The position numbers were made by a program, and so were the translations under genes. Shown piece by piece: positions 62,054 through 64,000 of a DNA stretch of 64,000 nucleotides. The DNA is from Tubiluchus corallicola (taxonomy: Eukaryota > Animalia > Priapulida). The stretch's first letter is position 1, and every line of letters starts with the position of its first letter. The notes below the pieces were generated by a model that worked only from the letters and a program-made list of their open reading frames with translations, did not search any database and had not been told where the DNA came from. The stretch covers positions 1 to 64,000 of the forward strand of contig JAQGDQ010000828.1 of assembly GCA_030141605.1 (NCBI GenBank), read 5' to 3'.

Positions 62054-62779
62054 CTAAAAATTAAAATATTTTCAGAAGTCGAAATTATCTTCAGTTGTAG
62101 TCAGCCATCAAAAAACGTCATTTAACCTGAGAAAACTAAAAAAATAGATTCTTCTTACAACACAAACTTGTGTCCGAGTAATTTTTTTTTGCATTTTGAA
62201 ATATATATGTACCGTTTTAACGCTCCCTTTATATACAATGTTTATAATACATAAAGCAATTCACTCATCACAGAATTCACGCAAAACGATCTATTCATTA
62301 CAGAAAACGGAGGCAGTTAGTCACAATTTCTGAAAAAGTTTCTTCCGAATATAGCAGAAAAGAATAAAAAATTAACGTGTCAACGAAACTATTGAAAGTG
62401 GTTTAACTTTATATAAACAATAAATATTGAAACTTTTTCTTACGATAAACGTCTCCTTATAAACAACATTTGACTTTTCTTTTACGTGAGCAGTTTAAGT
62501 TGATGGAATCTTCTGCTGTAATTGATTATTTTTTGTATAATTCGGTTATTATCATTATCATCATATGTATGTGTGTTCATGCGTGCGTGCGTGCGTGCGT
62601 GCGTGCACACATGTAAGATTTTAATAGATTTATTTCGCATTAAACATATACATATACATCACATTACATTACATGTGCATCAGGTTTTGTTAATACAAAA
62701 ATATGATAAAATTCATGTATACTGCGCTAGAGACCTAGGAAGCTAGCTTATGGTAGGCCACTAGAATTACGAAAAAAAT

Positions 62780-64000
62780 TGCAATATATACAACATTACA
62801 ACATTACAATATACAACATTACAATATACAACATTACATATACAACATAGATACAACATTACAATATATACAAATATAAATATAAATACGGGTGGGAAGT
62901 ATTAAAAATTTTATTTTACTATACAGTTTTTGAAAAAGAAAACAACAAATCATGATTGAGTCATCAGTTATATGTTTCGAGAAAGTTTAATTTATATATT
63001 TTTTTAAATATGGAAAGCGAGTTGACATTTTTAATAGCTGGAGCAATTGAATTCCATATGTAAGGGCCATTGTATTTAATAGAAAATTTTCTAACATTAG
63101 TGTTACACTGTATGTAGTGATAGTGCAGCCTATAACGTGTGCCGTAATTATGTATCTCAGCATTCAAACAAAAATAATCAGTAAATAAGGGAGGCAATAA
63201 TTTATGAGAGAATTTGTACATGAAAATGGCAGTTTGGAACTTATTAATGTCGTAAATGTTTAGAAAGTTTAGTCTTTTAAATATTGGCTGTGTATGGTCC
63301 TGATAACCGGCAAATGTTATAGCTCGCACTATTTTCTTCTGAATCAGATGAATTTTTTTCAATCGACTGGAGTATGTGCTTCCCCAAATAATGTTCGAAT
63401 TATTTAGATATGGTAAAAAAAAGAGAATTATATAATAATACAAGTACTGAGCTAGGCAATTTGTGTCTAACTCTATATATAATGCCTATGATTTTTGAGA
63501 TTTTGCTTTTGATAAATCTAAGATGTTCTTGCCAAGTTAAGTGTTCATCAATGATGATGCCTAAGAACTTAGTATATTTTACTTGATTTATTGGACCTTC
63601 ATCGATTTTTACTATAAAATTACTAGGGATTCTTTTATTTTTATTTGTGAATACAATAAATTTGGTTTTTTCAATATTCAGTGATAACTTATTAGCTTTA
63701 AACCAGGTGGAGAGATGTACAAGTTCTTGGTTTACAGTATTTATCATTGATTCATAGTTTGAGTGATTATAGAATATGTTAGTATCATCGGCAAATAAAA
63801 TGAAGTCTAGCAGAGTAGAGACATTGTGGAGATCATTAATATAGAGAAGAAAAAGCAATGGACCTAAGATTGAGCCTTGGGGGACACCATAATTGATTTG
63901 CTTCAAAGAAGAAAATGTGTTTTCAATTAGTACGGATTGTTTTCTGTTGTGTAAATAACTTGTAAACCACTGTAAAGGTAGACCTCTGACACCATAGTTG
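62780..64000 (-). mobile_element. CR1/L2-clade LINE RT and 3' end, frameshift near 63420, continues beyond the window
   Basis: YGVRGLPLQWF.SYL, GVPQGSILGPLLFLLYINDL, FADDT, KFLG; simple-repeat 3' region. Confidence 0.92.

Overview
Repeat-rich, AT-rich metazoan (probably invertebrate) genomic DNA with spliceosomal introns; nothing prokaryotic. The dominant feature is the 3' part of a polycystin-1-like (PKD1L family) gene on + (17 exons traced by hand with consistent phases, 2878-32853, about 1270 aa: PLAT-GPS-TM1-PLAT-multi-TM-polycystin channel domain); its 5' part lies left of the window. The most striking pattern is that five of its exon/intron junctions have been amplified into tandem arrays whose unit is a copy of the junction itself. 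In the three young acceptor arrays only the last copy gives an open frame. Downstream are a frameshifted, intronless GT10 alpha-1,3-fucosyltransferase (-), a small EGF/collagen/Gly-Tyr-repeat secreted-protein gene (+) largely missed by the ORF track, an orphan PKD1L terminal-exon copy between two Helitron-like 3' ends, and an LRRCT-TM exon (-). Mobile elements include two CR1/L2-type LINE fragments, an RTE fragment, a Buster-type hAT element with TSD, three solo LTRs with 5-bp TSDs plus one truncated copy, tRNA-SINE-like pieces and MITEs. All calls come from reading the sequence by eye; no database searches were run.
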